Positions 47,948 through 48,514 of a DNA stretch of 48,514 nucleotides are shown here, piece after piece. The notes beneath the pieces were generated by a model. It did not search any database. It saw only the letters and a program-made list of their open reading frames with translations, and had not been told where the DNA came from. The stretch comes from Promethearchaeota archaeon (lineage in GTDB: Archaea > Asgardarchaeota > Lokiarchaeia > Sigyniarchaeales > SOKP01): the NCBI GenBank assembly GCA_048937405.1, contig JBHLNF010000007.1, positions 185,436-233,949 on the forward strand. Direction: 5' to 3'. A program made the translations under genes and the position numbers. Numbering within the stretch: the first letter of the stretch is position 1; every line of letters begins with the position of its first letter.

Positions 47948-48514
47948 TTAACCTCCTTTAATTACTTCCGCTGCTCGTGCTGCTGCCCCACTAGCCTCAG
48001 CAACAGAACGAGGGATATCCATCGGTTCACGAGCACAACCACATGTGAAGATACCTTCTACACTCGTTTCTACCGGTAAAAATGGATCTGTTTTTATAAA
48101 TTTATAATTATTTAATTCAATTCCTAATACATCTGCTAACTTTTCAATCCCAGGGGATGGAATAATACAGGTTGCTAAAATTACTAAATCTACTTTCATC
48201 TGCTTTATTTCAGATGTATCATAATCTTCATATGTTATAATAGGACTTTCTTCCTCGTCAACCTCAATATGAGATATCTTACTTTTAATATATTTAATAT
48301 CATATTCATTTGCTCCTCTACGGAGAAAATTTTGAAATCCTTTTCCTCCTGCCCTCATATCAATATAAAACACATACGATTCTAAATCATTATTGTGTTC
48401 ATATGCAATCATTGCGGCTTTAGTTGTATACATACAACATATAGAAGAACAATATTTCTGATCTCTATCTGAACGGGATCCTATACATTGCAGAAAAGCA
48501 AGCTTCTTAGGTTC
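47948..48514 (-). CDS. hdrA: HdrA-like flavoprotein, 3' part (5' end beyond the window)
   Basis: Frame is open to the window edge: EPKKLAFLQCIGSRSDRDQKYCSSICCMYTTK...GIFTCG....P.DIP.SVAEASGAA. Confidence 0.88.
   Translation of the reverse strand, partial: EPKKLAFLQCIGSRSDRDQKYCSSICCMYTTKAAMIAYEHNNDLESYVFYIDMRAGGKGFQNFLRRGANEYDIKYIKSKISHIEVDEEESPIITYEDYDTSEIKQMKVDLVILATCIIPSPGIEKLADVLGIELNNYKFIKTDPFLPVETSVEGIFTCGCAREPMDIPRSVAEASGAAARAAEVIKGG

Noticed and set aside
1349-48079. Other short ORFs nested in or antisense to well-supported genes (e.g. 1349-1567, 3401-3685, 6625-6927, 33815-34042, 35720-36016, 39178-39477, 40211-40621, 47822-48079)
   Set aside because: Shadow frames with Ser/Phe/Ile-rich antisense composition, overlapping genes that have clear family motifs.
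42007-48514. Selenocysteine recoding in HdrA/MvhD (known selenoprotein families in Lokiarchaeia)
   Set aside because: All candidate positions are Cys (DCAMC, LCNWC, GCH.GDCHY), no in-frame TGA interrupts these ORFs, and I recognised no SECIS-like element.

Overview
AT-rich archaeal chromosomal window, most likely an Asgard archaeon of the Lokiarchaeia. The assignment rests on a bona fide actin (Lokiactin-type), a Rab-like small GTPase, a roadblock/LC7 protein, Hef helicase-nuclease, an Rpb6-like Rpo6, large TPR and LRR proteins, and an intron-containing tRNA. Most of the window is housekeeping or metabolic: nadC, purM, purB, tldD/pmbA, asd, dapA, and the 3' part of an HdrA-MvhD-Flx-FrhB electron-bifurcation cluster. 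Signals not explained by the ORF track: (1) a decayed second copy of the last 16 codons, stop codon and 3' tail of the actin gene about 3.17 kb downstream of it, bracketing an island-like patch of accessory genes and gene remnants; (2) a solo TnpB with a rearranged (Fanzor-type) RuvC glutamate, an intact right end and a readable guide; (3) tRNA-Val(CAC) with a 32-nt intron at the non-canonical position 28/29; (4) a tandemly duplicated split-plus-fused HdrA/MvhD module ending in an F420-type subunit; (5) an unassigned 324-aa protein divergent from actin. All calls come from reading motifs by eye; no database searches were run.
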